Part shown: piece after piece, positions 63,757 to 64,000 of the stretch
Layout of the letters: every line of letters starts with the position of its first letter
Numbering within the stretch: the stretch's first letter is position 1
Assembly: GCF_009914755.1 (NCBI RefSeq)
Contig: NC_060935.1
Source of the DNA: the human T2T-CHM13v2.0 reference genome, Homo sapiens
Length of the DNA: 64,000 bases
Strand: one strand, 5' to 3'
Notes under the pieces: model-generated
Told to the model about the DNA's origin: nothing
Database searches by the model: none
The model's input: the letters and a program-made list of their open reading frames with translations, nothing else
Translations under genes and position numbers: made by a program

Positions 63757-64000
63757 GATTCCCTCCAAGATGGCCAAATAGGAACAGCTCCAGTCTACAG
63801 CTCCCAGCATGAGTGACACAGAAGATGGGTGAATTCTGCATTTCCAACTGAGGTACAAGGTTCATCTCACTGGGACTTGTTGGACAGTGGATGCAGCCCA
63901 CAGAGTGGGAGCTGAAACAGGGTGGGGCATCACCTCACCTGGGAGGCACAAGGGGTCAGGGAATTCCCTTTCCTAGCCAAGGGAAGCCATGACAGACATT
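63757..64000 (+). mobile_element. 5'UTR start of a primate L1 (L1PA), running off the window
   Basis: CCAAGATGGCCAAATAGGAACAGCTCC.GTCTACAGCTCCCAGC including the YY1 site; CpG-depleted. Confidence 0.92.

Overview
Human (primate) genomic DNA, not microbial. The only protein-coding gene I can support is IZUMO1R (JUNO/FOLR4, the oocyte receptor for sperm IZUMO1; chr11q21 from recall). It has four coding exons on the + strand (10654-12709) that splice with GT-AG junctions into a 250-aa ORF, followed by an AATAAA at 13144. The rest is dominated by transposable elements: many Alus, L1s of several ages (including a human-specific pre-Ta L1HS fragment), MaLR/ERV LTRs, Tigger1, MER30 and a 9.8-kb HERV-H. 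The structures most worth following up are: (1) a perfect 48-bp inverted repeat with a 10-nt loop in the JUNO 3'UTR; (2) a three-LTR composite HERV-H bounded by a single 5-bp TSD; (3) several near-identical local templated duplications, inverted and direct, that resemble repair or template-switch scars; (4) an L1 with a doubled 3' end from a different subfamily inside one TSD pair; and (5) an identical non-consensus two-change variant shared by two L1s of different subfamilies. Repeat family names come from recalled consensus motifs, not from a database search, and boundaries of old repeats are approximate.
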